DNA of 62,982 bases, the filler included, from Thraustochytrium aureum (Eukaryota), in assembly GCA_012862495.1 (NCBI GenBank). It is 10 parts of 5 records of this genome, joined end to end, with 100 filler letters (N's around TTAATTAATTAA, not from the genome) between each part and the next. Parts side by side here need not be neighbours in the genome. Positions count along the whole stretch, not along the records: positions 9,149 to 20,004 come from BLSG01000204.1; positions 20,105 to 31,496 come from BLSG01000206.1; 8 more parts are not named here. One strand, 5' to 3'. Positions 11,574-23,855 of the stretch are shown piece by piece. Position 1 is the first letter of the stretch, and the number at the start of each line of letters is the position of its first letter. The notes beneath the pieces were generated by a model. It had not been told where the DNA came from, did not search any database, and saw only the letters and a program-made list of their open reading frames with translations. The translations under genes were made by a program, and so were the position numbers.

Positions 11574-14500
11574 TCAGGAAGCGTCCAGCAGGGCGGCGAC
11601 GCACTTGCGAAACACGTCGGGGAAATCGCAATAGGCCACCACCTGGCCAGGTCCCACAATCGACTTGGTCTCCACAGCGTCGTGCGCGTCAATTCGGATC
11701 CCGTCGCGCAGCATCGCAAGGTCGACCTCGCTCCGCTCCCCCACCAGCAAGCGCAGGCGCAAGTGCGAAAGCGCCAACACCGTCACGCCGCGCGCCCCCT
11801 TGTCGGCACTCTCGCGCGTGGCCTGGATCGAAGCGGACAAGAGACCCTTGCCCCGCGGCCGCCCCGCCGGGGGCGCTTGCGGCTTGTCCTCCTTCTTTTG
11901 CTCCTCCTGCTTCTTGTGCTCGTTGAGGATCGTGTCCGGCTGGGGGTTCAACACGTCGTGCAAGACCGGCAGCCCCGGCAGCCCAAAGGTGAGCGACGCG
12001 AGCACCTGCCGAACCACGCCCCGGACGATCGCCCAGTCGAGCGCCTTGAGCTCGTTTGAAAGGAACGCGTTCAACAGTTTGACCACCTCGTGCGCCCAGG
12101 GCAGCTCCTCGGGCAACGGAAGCTTTCCAGGCTCGCCGCGCTCCAGCGAGAGAACGCGGAGGCCAAACTCGCGCTCCGCGCCAGGCTCGATGCCGATCAC
12201 AGCAACGAGCTGGACGCCTCCGTTCTCGCAGTGGAGGACAACGCACAGGTGGCTCGCGTACAAAACACGAACAAAGCAGGCGTCCGTGGGCGGCGTGTCC
12301 CCGATGGAAAGGAGCAAGTCCGAGCCGGGGTGGACAGCGTCCAGCAAGCCCTGGCACAGCACCTCCATCTTGGCCGCGGCCAAAAGGTCGAGGTTCAGCC
12401 ATGCCAGATCGGAAAAGCTGGCGAGCGCTGCGGGGGCCACCCCTTTCACCGCGCGGCCCGAGCCGGGGCTCCCTTCAGCAATTGCTGGTGTGGCGTTCGA
12501 GACGCCAGGCGTCCTGGTGCCCCCTCCTCCCGCCGTGCCCGTCGAGCCGGGACTTGCCACGGGAATGGCAACATCAACGATGCCACCGTCGGGCTCGGCC
12601 CGATACTGCAGCGACATGCCGCTCGCACCGTAGGCGAGCGTTCCCGTCAGAGCAAACACGAGCTCCGGGTCGGGGGTGTGCTGCCCAACAGGCAGCGCGT
12701 GCAAGGGCCGATCCTGCGGCGGGGCTCGCTCGGCGCGACGTCNNNNNNNNNNNNNNNNNNNNNNNNNNNNNNNNNNNNNNNNNNNNNNNNNNNNNNNNNN
12801 NNNNNNNGGTGCCGTCCCGCTGCGCAGCATTCCCAGGGGTGGCAAAGTGCGCCATGAACCGCGAGACGCGCATGACAACAGTCTCGGCCCGCGCCTGCTC
12901 GAGCGCTTGGTCGAGCATCGCCTTGACCGACGCGTCCGAGCTAAAGTTCTCCGCGGCCGCCGCAAAGGGCTCACCGAGAGCGATAGCGCCTGCCTGCGTG
13001 CAAACCTCGCGCGAGAAGGGCCCCGCCACGACAAACCAGTCCAGCTGGTTCGAGGGCTGCTGGCCCATGAGCGGGGCCGCTGGCGAAGCGGCGGCCCTGG
13101 CGGCAGCCTCCGCCGTTGGAAAGAGCGAGCGGACCAGGCCCTTGCCGCACACGCCCAAAAAGTACTCGACGCCGTCCCACTTGTTTAGGCGCAAAAACAG
13201 GCACGGCGTGGCCGTCTCGGACCTGGCCGCGCGAGGCGCAGCGCGCGGCGCCGAAGAGGGCGAGGGCGTGAACGGGTTGGAGCGCTGAAAGGCCATTTGG
13301 TCCACCTCGGCCGTCATCTCGAGCGACTCGATGATTGTGTGCATCGAGATCGTGAACAGCAGCTTGACCAGCACCTTGGCCGCCCCAGGGATTTTGTCCT
13401 TCTTTAGCGCCGCGTTCAGCGTCTGCTCCGAGCGCGTGAGCAGCTGCAGGTCGCTCGAGCTGCCCCAGCGCCGCGCGGACTGGTAGCAGTCGTTGGCCCC
13501 GTTCGCGCCTCCCGCGTCCTGCAGCGCCGCGCCACGCCGCACCAACGACACGATAAAGTCGCCAGTGCGCATCTCCACCGTGATGCGCAGGTACCGCTGC
13601 ACGGGCAGGTCGATGTGCAGAGCGACCTGGTCCTTGCCGTGACGATGCTGATGCTATGCTTAAACGTGGGCCCCAAGCTGGCCGGTCCAGCGCCAGGCTC
13701 GTCCGCGAGCAAGCCGTCTCCAGCTCGAGCAGCAGATGGTCGAGCCGCACGCCCAGCTCGTTCAGCCGCCCCTCCGCGTGCGCCAGCGCGCCGAGGAGGA
13801 GCACCTTCTCCACGTTGAGCGCCGAGGGGCACAGCCCATCCACGAAGAGGCTCCCCGCGCCTGCGCCGTGCGCCATGGCGTCGGCCCCGCTCCCCGGGGC
13901 CTGGCCGGGGACCACCAGCTGGCGTCGACGCCGCACTGGCGGCGCCTTGTTGAGCGACAGCGCGATCGTGGACCGACACGAGGCAGGATCGATTGGCGGC
14001 TGCAGCTCCACAAAGAGCTGGCCGTCGCGCTGCGCCGGGTCGAACGAGATTCGCAGCTGGCACGTGTCGTTCCAGTGCCGCAGCTCCACCGTGTTTGGCC
14101 GCGAGTCCGGCACGGTGAGCGCCCCGGTTTTCCAGTGGTGGAGCATCAGCTCGCGCGCCTGAGCCTCGAGCGTCTTGACGCACAGCGAGGCACAAAACGT
14201 GTGCAGGACCTCGTACGTGTCCTTGAGCGGCTCGGCCGACTTTAACAGCCGCTGCTGCAAGATCTTCAGCAGGTAAAACACTGCCTGCCGTTTCGGCCGA
14301 TAGGCGCTCGAGGCGTCGCGCGCCTGCCGGGGGCGCTTTCGCGAGACGCTGCCAGACGCAGCCTCAGCGCCGCCGCTCGCGGCGTCAGCACTGGCTTCGC
14401 CTTCGTCGAGATTCTCCTCCTCGTCGTCGTTCTCCGTGGACGGGTCAAAGTCGAGGAGCGCGTGCACGCCGCCGCTCCGCCAGCTTGCAGCGCCGCCTGC

Positions 14501-15202
14501 GACGCTCCGCAGCTTGGTGGCGTTCTCGAAGCTCGTGCTGTCGCCGCGCACAAAGACCTCCACCTTGAGCACGCACCACGGCGACTCTAGCGCAGCGCCT
14601 GACAGGGTCAGCGTGACCTCAAACTCGTGCGCCACCGTGCAAACCAGAGTGCCATCCAGCACCCGGATCTCGGAAAACTGCGGCGGGACCGCGGTTCGCA
14701 GCAGGCGGTCCAAGATGTACTGCTCCAGCTTGCGAAGCGTCTCCTCCTGGTCCATCTCGGGCAGCCGGTCGTCCAGCCTCATGTTGCCCGAGATTTGCGC
14801 CACGATCCGCGGTAGGCGAAGGTAGGTCCCTGTGCTCAGCACGTCCACAGCGGTGCCCACGTCGTAGACGGGAGCCCGCGCTATGCGGAGCGTCGAGGCG
14901 CTGCGCCGCATGAACCCAATCGACTCAAAGATGCGCAGCTCGTTCGTCGAGTAGTCCTGCGCCAGCACCAGCAAGTCATCAACCAGCTTGCCGCTCTGAA
15001 TCACCCACTTTACCACTGCCAGGAGCTTGGTCAGCCGTTGGCGCACGTGGTTCAAGTACATTTTCAGCAACTCCTTGCGCCTTGCATCGTCCACATTCGC
15101 CAGCTTCAGCGACACCGTCTCCAGGTCCTTGTGCGCCGAGTACGCCACGCGTCGCACGACCTGGCCCAGCTCCACGCGAGGTCCGCCCGCGGCGCCCGAC
15201 AT
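11574..15202 (-). CDS. MED14: Mediator of RNA polymerase II transcription subunit 14 (frameshift near 13640, gap 12743-12807)
   Basis: N-terminal Med14 domain: RK..LL.YL...RQRL.KLLAVVKW and ARAPVYDVGTAVDVLSTGTYLRLP, then V..EFEVTLTL. The reading frame continues through ORFs 12574-13602 and 11574-13034. Confidence 0.88.
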
Positions 15203-15607
15203 CGCGCCCGTTGCGCAAGTCGCAGCCCGTGCCGAGAAGATCACGCAAACCGCCGCGCTGCCGGCCAGCCAACAAGCCGCCCAGGCAGCGCGCGCAAGGG
15301 CTGGCGGGACCTAGCAGACCGTAGCGGGCCGCGCAGCCAAAGCGCCCTGGCCGCGACGAGCGACCTGCGCGCAGAGCCCGGTGANNNNNNNNNNNNNNNN
15401 NNNNNNNNNNNNNNNNNNNNNNNNNNNNNNNNNNNNNNNNNNNNNNNNNNNNNNNNNNNNNNNNNNNNNNNNNNNNNNNNNNNNNNNNNNNNNNNNNNNN
15501 NNNNNNNNNNNNNNNNNNNNNNNNNNNNNNNNNNNNNNNNNNNNNNNNNNNNNNNNNNNNNNNNNNNNNNNNNNNNNNNNNNNNNNNNNNNNNNNNNNNN
15601 NNNNNNN

Positions 15608-18296
15608 CCCGTGTCGCCCGAGCGTGCACGGCTGCTGGAGCTGCGTTCGGTCCTTGCGCGCTTGGATCGTGGCTGCGGCATGCCATGCAACGGGCTGGGC
15701 TTTCAATTGGGCCACCTTCGCGCTCGCGATTTGTACTTGTGCAGGCTTGCAACTCGCTCAACATGTCCCAAGCAAAAAGACGGTCAAGGCTGGCGTTGAA
15801 GGGTGCTTTACCATAATTAGCTACCACAAGGATGGCGCGACCGGGTCGGGCTTGCTGCGCCGCAGCTTGCGGGTCTTTGGCATGGAGGTCGACCGCGGTG
15901 GCGCGCCACCAACGCCCGGGAAAGCTTCCACGAGGGGCACGCTGCCGATAGGCCCGCCCCCAGTGGTGCAAGCCGCAACGGCCAGAAGCCAGTCAACCGC
16001 CTTGCCGGCGGCTGGCGAGGCTTTGAGCATGTCGCCACGCGCGTGGAGCGTCGGCACATTGGCACGAATCCAGGCCTCGAGACGCGCAACGCCAGCCCGC
16101 GTCACGAAAATCTCCGACATGCGCTTGCAGAGGTCTGAGCTGCGCAAGAGCGGCCGGACGGTGAGCCACTCCGAGTCCGGCGCGCCGAGCAACAGGGCGA
16201 CTTGCCCAAAGGCGCACGAGACCGCGTGTGGCGGCTTGGTCAGCGTTCGCAAGTGACGAATCTCTTCGGGGGTGAACTCTGGCGGCTCTGACACGACGCG
16301 CAGGCAGGGCTCCTGACCGGGCTGGAGGCGGCGGCCCCAACAAGCTCGCGACCGTACATGTAGTGGCCACGTGGCACGTTGGACCGTGCCGAGGCCGCCC
16401 TCTCCCGCGGCCTACGTGGCGTTTCGCCCCGCCGCGCAGACCGCGTCACGCTCTCGTCTGCTTCACCTGCCAAAAGGCACGCTCCAAATCGAAGCGGCGT
16501 CCGCGCTGCCTCCCGTCCCGAGCAGTGCGGCACGCCAGCGGCGTTTTCCAGTTGTCGGACCTGCGAGGCGCGCTCGGCAGCGATTTGACTCGGGTACAGC
16601 TCATCGTACGAGTTCTTCCGAGCAAGGTCTACGTTTCGTGCGGTGTCACAGTTCTGAACGGTGCCGAGCGAGGCCACGAACGAGAGCGAGCTAAAGTCGG
16701 ACGGCACGGGGCAAGCGCTCCCGCAGGTCTTGCGGAGATACTCCACCAGGGAGCCGTGCCGCTCGCCGCGGAGCCGCTCACCGAGCGACTCGAGAAAGCA
16801 GCGCTCAAGCGCCTGCTTCGCGCAGTCAACGATCACCTTGTAAAATGCGCCAGGGGGGCCTCGAGTGGCTTTGGAGCACCCGTCCTCCCAGATCGTCACG
16901 ACGACTGCGACGTTGAATATCTCCCACCGCTCAAGGAGGTGAAGCAGTTTCGCGCCAGCGCCGACAAATCCGCTGTCGTCAGAGCCAGACACTACTTCCG
17001 ACGCCGCGCTGCCGCTAGTCCTGCTGCTGCGCGACACGTCCTCCAACGCGGACCCGTGCATTGGAAGCTCACCGGAGGGATTCGCGTCAACCTCACTGCT
17101 GGGCTGCTTGAACCTGAAGGCGCTGGGCCAGAATGAGACGTCGCTCAGCTCGTCGGCGCGCTGCAGTTCGCTCAACACGTCGAGAATATCCCCTTCGCCC
17201 GCCATCGGGGCAACATGCGCTTGGACCCTCCTGCCGCCCCTCGCAACGCGAACCTTGCCATGCGTCACGCACTCTGCCACTGCTCGCTCCTTTGCGGCCT
17301 CCTGCTCGCCGTGCAAGCTCGCTTCCCTTGACACAGCCAGGAGCTCCTCTCCATCGTCAGTGTCGCCGAGTTGCGTTCCATGTGCAGCCCGTTCGCAGGC
17401 CTCGTCGAGGGCGCCGCCCATGCCGGCCCAAGCAACGGTGCCTCAACCAGGTCCAAGCGCTCGCACTCGAGCTCGTTCGAGTCCAGGCGCCCGAGCTCGA
17501 GCTCCTTAGAGTGGAAGCGTNNNNNNNNNNNNNNNNNNNNNNNNNNNNNNNNNNNNNNNNNNNNNNNNNNNNNNNNNNNNNNNNNNNNNNNNNNNNNNNN
17601 NNNNNNNNNNNNNNNNNNNNNNNNNNNNNNNNNNNNNNNNNNNNNNNNNNNNNNNNNNNNNNNNNNNNNNNNNNNNNNNNNNNNNNNNNNNNNNNNNNNN
17701 NNNNNNNNNNNNNNNNNNNNNNNNNNNNNNNNNNNNNNNNNNNNNNNNNNNNNNNNNNNNNNNNNNNNNNNNNNNNNNNNNNNNNNNNNNNNNNNNNNNN
17801 GCTCCTTCGCGTCGTTCGAGTCCGAGCCGCAGTCCGCGCCGGCCAGGCAGGCAACCAATCAACTAGCCACACGACACGAAGCCGCACGCACTGTCCTCGG
17901 CCAGCCAGCCAGCCAACGAGCGAGCCGGACGCGCGCTCGCACGGGCGCATGCGGCAGGACTGTCTTGCGGGTGTCCGCAACGGATCAATCGTGCCACACT
18001 CGCGAGGCCACGTCACGCGTGCCCCTACGTGTCGTGGCCGCGTTCGTTCGCCCACGACGCGAGGCAGTCTTCGGTCCTGGACTACAAGCCGTCCCCGTCG
18101 AGGAGTTGAGCCCTTGCTCAGGCTTACTCGGCCAGGCCCTGGCGCGCGGGTGGCTCTGTCGCCGCCTCGACGAGCGGTTGGACGTCGCGTCCACGACGAC
18201 CTCGTCCACCAACCAGATTGACAGGGGTAGGGCCTCGAAATCGTCTCTCTCGATGCCGATGCGACGCCGAGCCCAGCCACGGTCGTGCTCAGCCAT
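15608..18296 (-). CDS. Large unknown protein with dynein stalk MTBD-like domain; several frameshifts and gap 17521-17800; ends uncertain
   Basis: Chain of minus-strand ORFs (17985-18296, 17265-17858, 16240-17421, 15821-16294, probably continuing into 14979-15971). Contains IRHLRTLTKPPHAV...VALLLG...W..VR.LL...L...SPAAGKAVDWLLAV. Confidence 0.55.
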
Positions 18297-18586
18297 CCGC
18301 AGCAGGTCGCGTGAGCTGCGAGCACGACCACAGCGGAGACGACTAGGCCGCGGCAGGCCGGGGTGAACGCTCGGATGCTCGGACGAGGCTCGAACAGAAT
18401 CGAAACGCGGGCGCCAGCCGCCGATGCCGAGCGGCGGCCGTCGGGGCGCGGGACGCGGCGCCGAGCACGAGGCTGCCAGCCGTACGGACCTCGTCGCGGG
18501 AGCTAGCGCTGCCCGGCGGAAGCGCTCTTGCGCGTTTCCGGTCGCCGGATCCCGGGGATCGCCCCCTCGGTGCCGCAGCCCCTGCG

Positions 18587-20004
18587 ATGGCGAGCGAGCC
18601 GCCTACGGGCGAGGCGGGCGGGCGGCGGTCTGCCGATGCGGCAGCGGACGAGGGCCCAGTCGTTGCCGCGGACCCCGGCTGCTGGAGGTGCAAGGGCAAG
18701 GGGTGGTTTGCCAAGGTGAACAGGCCTGACAAGAAGCTGGCCTGCACGCTGTGCGCCAAGCAGCGCGCGAAAGACGTGGAGAGGATAGAGCGGTCCGCCA
18801 GACTGCAAGCCAAGCGCAGAGGTTTAGGGTGGGCGTTGTTGGCGCGGGCATTGGCGGGTGCGCCGTCGCGCTCGCGCTCGGGCGGCTCGGGTTCAAGGTC
18901 GTCGTCCTCGAGCGCGACCGGACCTTTGATGAGCGCAAGCAAGGGTACGGCCTCACGCTGCAGCAAGGCCTGAACGCCGCCAAGCAGCTCGGGCTTGCCA
19001 TTCCAAGCGACACCCCCTCGACGTCGCACTTTGCCTTTGACTGGACGGGTCGCATTCTGGGCTACTTTGGGTCAGACTTTTCCGAGTGGTTCGAGCTGCG
19101 CGACGCGTACAGCAAGAAGCGCAACGGCAAGTTCAATGGGCAGGGGCGCTTCAACTCGCACATTCCCCGGCAGCACCTGCGCCACATGCTGTGGAGCGCC
19201 ATCCAGGACGAAAATCTTCCAGTGGAGGTGCGCTGGGGAGCCCGCGTCGAGTCGGTCCTCCCGATCGAGTCCAGCGCTGCGGAGGCGGCGCAAAGCGGCT
19301 CGAAGCGGCCGAGGGAGGGCGGCGTCCAGGTCCGGCTCCAAGCCGCTTCTGGAGATCCAACGACGACGGAGGAGGTCGACCTGCTGGTCGCTGCAGACGG
19401 GGTATTTTCGACGGTGCGCATGCAAGTCCTCGGCGACGCGCTGCAGTACCTCGGGTGTGTGGTGGTCCTGGGCATTGCGCCGCTGCGCCACCCGCTGACG
19501 CACCAGCGCGTCTGCGAGACAATGGACGGCGAGACGCGCATCTATTCAATGCCATTCACGAGCGCCGAGGGCGAGGGCATCCATACGGACCCGGCGCTCA
19601 AGGGGAAGGACTCGGTCATGTGGCAGCTCTCCTTCCCGGTGGCCACAGAGGCCGAGGCGCGGCACATCTGCCGGTCCAACGAGGCGATCCTGGAGGAGGC
19701 CCTCCGACGATGCGGCGCTTGGCACGCCCCTATCCCAGAGATGCTCCGCGCTACAGGGCCACAGCTGCTGACCGGCTACCCAGTGTTTGATCGGCCGGAG
19801 CTGGACGCCGCCCTTTTGAGGGCCGCTCTAGACCGTGCCGGATTGGGCGGCGGCCGCGTCGCGCTCCTCGGGGACGCGGCCCACTGCATGAGCCCCTTAA
19901 GGGCCAGGGCGCCAACCAAGCCCTTTTGGATGCCACGGACCTCGCGCGCGCCCTCGAGCCCGAGACGTTCTGGGCGGACCGCAGCGCGGCCCTGGACAAA
20001 TTTC
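18587..20004 (+). CDS. FAD-dependent monooxygenase (FAD_binding_3) with N-terminal CxxCxGxG...CxxC zinc ribbon; frameshifts near 18822 and 19897; 3' truncated
   Basis: Motifs VGVVGAGIGG, DLLVAADGVFS and LLGDAAHCMSP(F)KGQGANQALLDA after a one-base correction. N-terminus has CWRCKGKG...CTLC. Confidence 0.88.
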
Positions 20005-20104
20005 NNNNNNNNNNNNNNNNNNNNNNNNNNNNNNNNNNNNNNNNNNNNTTAATTAATTAANNNNNNNNNNNNNNNNNNNNNNNNNNNNNNNNNNNNNNNN
20101 NNNN
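20005..20104. other. Artificial scaffold-joining spacer
   Basis: 44 N + TTAATTAATTAA + 44 N. Confidence 0.97.
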
Positions 20105-20493
20105 TCAGACGCTGAGGCCCAGGATTTGGCGAGTGTTGTGCGCGGATCGCATTAGTGGTCGCTGTGCTGGCACTTGGGCTGGCACGTGCGTTGTCCGGGA
20201 GCCCCGCGTTGGAGGGGGCGGTGGGGATGTCTCGATGTCGGCAAGTCAACATTGGCAAGGGCGTGGGAGAAGCAACAGACCGGCGGTAAAAACAAGGGGA
20301 GGCAAGTCCAGGAGAACCCGGCCAAGCACGAGAAACGAACCAAGCAAGGTGCCCTTTTTAGAAGGGAAGCACCTTGCTCGTTCTCCATTGCTTGGGGTGA
20401 GGGGGGGTTACCCGAGGCTAGCTCAATCTCCGTACGACGGTTGCGGAATCCAGAGCAACTATTCAATCGATCTTTTTATCGAGTTCAATCAAA

Positions 20494-22211
20494 TTACTTA
20501 AAATCAAAACCCAGCCCTGGGGACGCCGCCGGGGCTTGAGCAAAAGAAGCCTCGGCTTCAGCGCGGTGAGTGCGCAGGCGTTCACTGAGCCCCGTCCGGC
20601 ACTGCTCGAGCCGCTGCGCAGGTTCTGGCCCCAAGGCGAACCCCGCTCGAGCCCAGGCCCCCAAATTGGCCAGCAGCGCGGCCCCAAAGCTGACTTGGAG
20701 GCTCGACACAGCAAGCACTGTGCGGCGCGGCAGACTCTTTTCCTCATCGACATTGGGAGGACCGCGCTCAAGGCTGAGCAAGCAAAAACCGTCGGACGCG
20801 CTGCAAAGCGAGTTTGCGCCACTTTCGGCCAGTGCTCGCACTGTCGAGGCCGGCAAAACCCGTGAATCGCCCAGCCGCGCGAGCAGGTCCAGGGCTGCGG
20901 CGCATTTCGTCGCCGAGAAGGGATCAAGCCATTCCCTGAACGCGCGCTCGAGCAGCGGCTTGAGCTGCGCTTCAGCAACGGCCTCACAAAGCTCCTCGCT
21001 TGCGGTGCGGGCCGCCCGTATCCACGTCAGACCCGCAAAGGCGTTTTGGTTGCTATCAAAGGCGTCCCACATTGCCAGCTCCAGCTTTGCAAACGGCTCG
21101 AGCAAGCCTGGCAAAGCCAGCCCGGCGTGCACATTGTCGTAGTGCTCGGGGAGCTCGGTGCGCCAGGACAGAAAACGGGCCACGAGCTTGCCAGCCGACG
21201 AAAAGTCTCCGTCAACATCTGCGAAAACGAGCCGAGCAGCTTCCGACAGCTTTGCCGCACGGCCAGCCAACGCGGCGCGGTCGCTATCATCCATCCCGAA
21301 TGGCGCCTCGGCTTTGTGGTGCTCTAGGACCCGGGCAAGGCGAGCTGCCCTCGCCTTTGCGAGAGCGGGCCCAAGGTCTCGTCCAAACTCGTCGACTGGC
21401 GCGGGCTCTGCGCTGCGCTGTGGTCTTGGTCCCCAAAGCGCCAAGCGCAGGCCCGCGTCGGCAGCCTCGTCAAGGGCGTCGCACACGAGCCGATTGCGAG
21501 CAGCCCGGGTGGCACGCGAAGCATCACTGCGCAGCTGACCAGCGACATCGGCCACCTGGTCGATCATAGGCACTTTGGCGCGCAGCATGCTCCGCAGCGC
21601 CCGCACAAACTCGGTCTGTCGAGCAGCGCCCTGCGCGTATGTGAGGCGCGCTCGGCGCGTTGCTGGGCGGACCGCAGCTCGTCTTGCAACCTGCCCAGCT
21701 CGGCGCGACGCGAGGCGGCGCGCTCGCTTTGCACTGATCGCTGCGTCTCTGCCAGCGTCAGGTCGGCGCCCAGCTGCATGATTATCGCCGAGATGCCACC
21801 CGCTCTCGCCGTCTCTGAGAGGACCCTTTGCGCTTTGGCATTTTCTTCAGCAGCAATTATCTTGGCAGGTTGTAGGGCGCCGCTGCGCTCAAGCAGCGCG
21901 AGCTCCCACTCTTGCTCCTCCTCCGATGGGGCTGGCTCCTGTGCACGCGGCGCCGGGAGGCGCGGTGCGGGATGCGACTTTGCTTGCTGCACCGGGTCGT
22001 CGACTTCAACCTCGTCGGCTGCCATCGTTGGGTCCTCTTGCGGATCGGCCACGATGCGCGTCCGAAGCTCTGGGCCTCGTGCCGCAGCCCGAAAGCGCCC
22101 CTTGTCGGGCAGCACTGACACCGCCCGCAGCGCCTCGATTTCGCTTCTAGAGTATGTGGTTGCCTGGTCGCCATCGTGGGCGCTTACGGCGGTCTTGCTT
22201 TGCCCATTTGC
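20494..22211 (-). CDS. GCFC2/PAXBP1 (Ntr2-like) GC-rich sequence DNA-binding/splicing factor; 5' in gap; frameshift near 21640
   Basis: Motifs YSRSEIEALR, EEEQEWELALLERSG and coiled coil, then the GCFC domain FADVDGDFSS...FLSWR....YDNVHAGLALPGLLEPFAKLELAMWD. Confidence 0.75.
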
Positions 22212-22765
22212 NNNNNNNNNNNNNNNNNNNNNNNNNNNNNNNNNNNNNNNNNNNNNNNNNNNNNNNNNNNNNNNNNNNNNNNNNNNNNNNNNNNNNNNNN
22301 NNNNNNNNNNNNNNNNNNNNNNNNNNNNNNNNNNNNNNNNNNNNNNNNNNNNNNNNNNNNNNNNNNNNNNNNNNNNNNNNNNNNNNNNNNNNNNNNNNNN
22401 NNNNNNNNNNNNNNNNNNNNNNNNNNNNNNNNNNNNNNNNNNNNNNNNNNNNNNNNNNNNNNNNNNNNNNNNNNNNNNNNNNNNNNNNNNNNNNNNNNNN
22501 NNNNNNNNNNNNNNNNNNNNNNNNNNNNNNNNNNNNNNNNNNNNNNNNNNNNNNNNNNNNNNNNNNNNNNNNNNNNNNNNNNNNNNNNNNNNNNNNNNNN
22601 NNNNNNNNNNNNNNNNNNNNNNNNNNNNNNNNNNNNNNNNNNNNNNNNNNNNNNNNNNNNNNNNNNNNNNNNNNNNNNNNNNNNNNNNNNNNNNNNNNNN
22701 NNNNNNNNNNNNNNNNNNNNNNNNNNNNNNNNNNNNNNNNNNNNNNNNNNNNNNNNNNNNNNNNN

Positions 22766-23010
22766 CCCTACGAGGGAACTAATGAGCACTTCACTTCTCG
22801 GCGAACAGGCTCTCGTTCCCTACAGGGAACTAATGAGCACTTCCAGAAGAACAGGCTCTCGTTCCCCACGAGGGAACTAATGAGCACTTCCAGACGAACA
22901 GACTCTCGTTCCCTACGAGGGAACCAATGAGCACTTCACTTCTCGGCGAACAGGCCGCGTTCCCCACGAGGGAACTAATGAGCACTTCCAGACGAACAGA
23001 CTCTCGTTCG
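22766..23010. repeat. Minisatellite of 46-52 bp units, at least 5 copies, with internal GTTCCC-N4/5-GGGAAC hairpin
   Basis: Units start at about 22766, 22815, 22861, 22908 and 22959. Consensus is GTTCCCYACGAGGGAACTAATGAGCACTTC(ACTTCTCGG/CAGA)CGAACAGRCTCTC. The array runs into the gap. Confidence 0.92.
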
Positions 23011-23855
23011 CTTTCAGCTGAGCACTAGGTATTGCTTGTGTTGATGATCAACGACAAGATGATGCCTGCGACGGACAAGCACACCTGCGCAAGCGCAAGC
23101 AGCTGGGCTTGTAGGAAGGAAGCCCGTTGCCGGCCTGATCATGACCTCCCGAGGAGCTGAAGACGTGTAACGGCGAGGAGCTGACCGTGTTCGTGATGTT
23201 CATGAGGCCGGCCGGCCGGCCGGCATCCAGTGGCCGTTGCTCCGTTTTTCACCATGCCAAGCCTTTGAGGAGCGAGCGGCCAGGCGCAGGACGATACCGA
23301 CAACGGCGTTTCGACCGAGTAAGTACGCGAGGACCGCCGCGGACGACGGTTGCTCGCATCGGCGAGGCTTGCAGTTGCGATTGCGGCCTCAACTTGTGCA
23401 CCGCTCCTCGCCAAACCGCGGCGCGGCGTGACGACAGCACGAGGTAGACACGAGTAGAGTGACGTCATGGTGGCTCCCCACAACGAAAACAATGAGCGAG
23501 CAATTTCATCCAAAGGGCTGGCGTGCAAGGCAGACCTGGGAATGAAGCCTGGCGCTGCGGGAGCGACCACCCGCCGCGGCGAAATAGACGAGCCAGAGGC
23601 CCTCCAGATCTTCGCGCGAGCTGCCTTTCTATCGGTCTGCACGTGGGTCGGTCGGCGAGGACGACGCGGCGCTGCACCGTGGCTGGCTTCGGGCCGCCGC
23701 ACGCGCGAAGGGCGCGAAAGCGTCCGAGTTGGTTGTGTGCGACGTTGGTGTCGAACGACCGGCCGGCAGAAGCGTCGCGCAGGCGAGCCCTGCGCAAGTC
23801 GGGCTGCAGCGCAGCCAGGTAGGTAGGCAGGCCGGCAGGTAGTTGGTCCGGCCCC

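Noticed and set aside
22766..23010. CRISPR array or hammerhead-ribozyme array
   Set aside because: The inter-hairpin segments are repeated rather than unique spacers, there are no cas genes and the context is eukaryotic. The CTAATGAG...CGAAC layout resembles a hammerhead core but deviates at essential positions (CUGA, GAAA and the NUH site).
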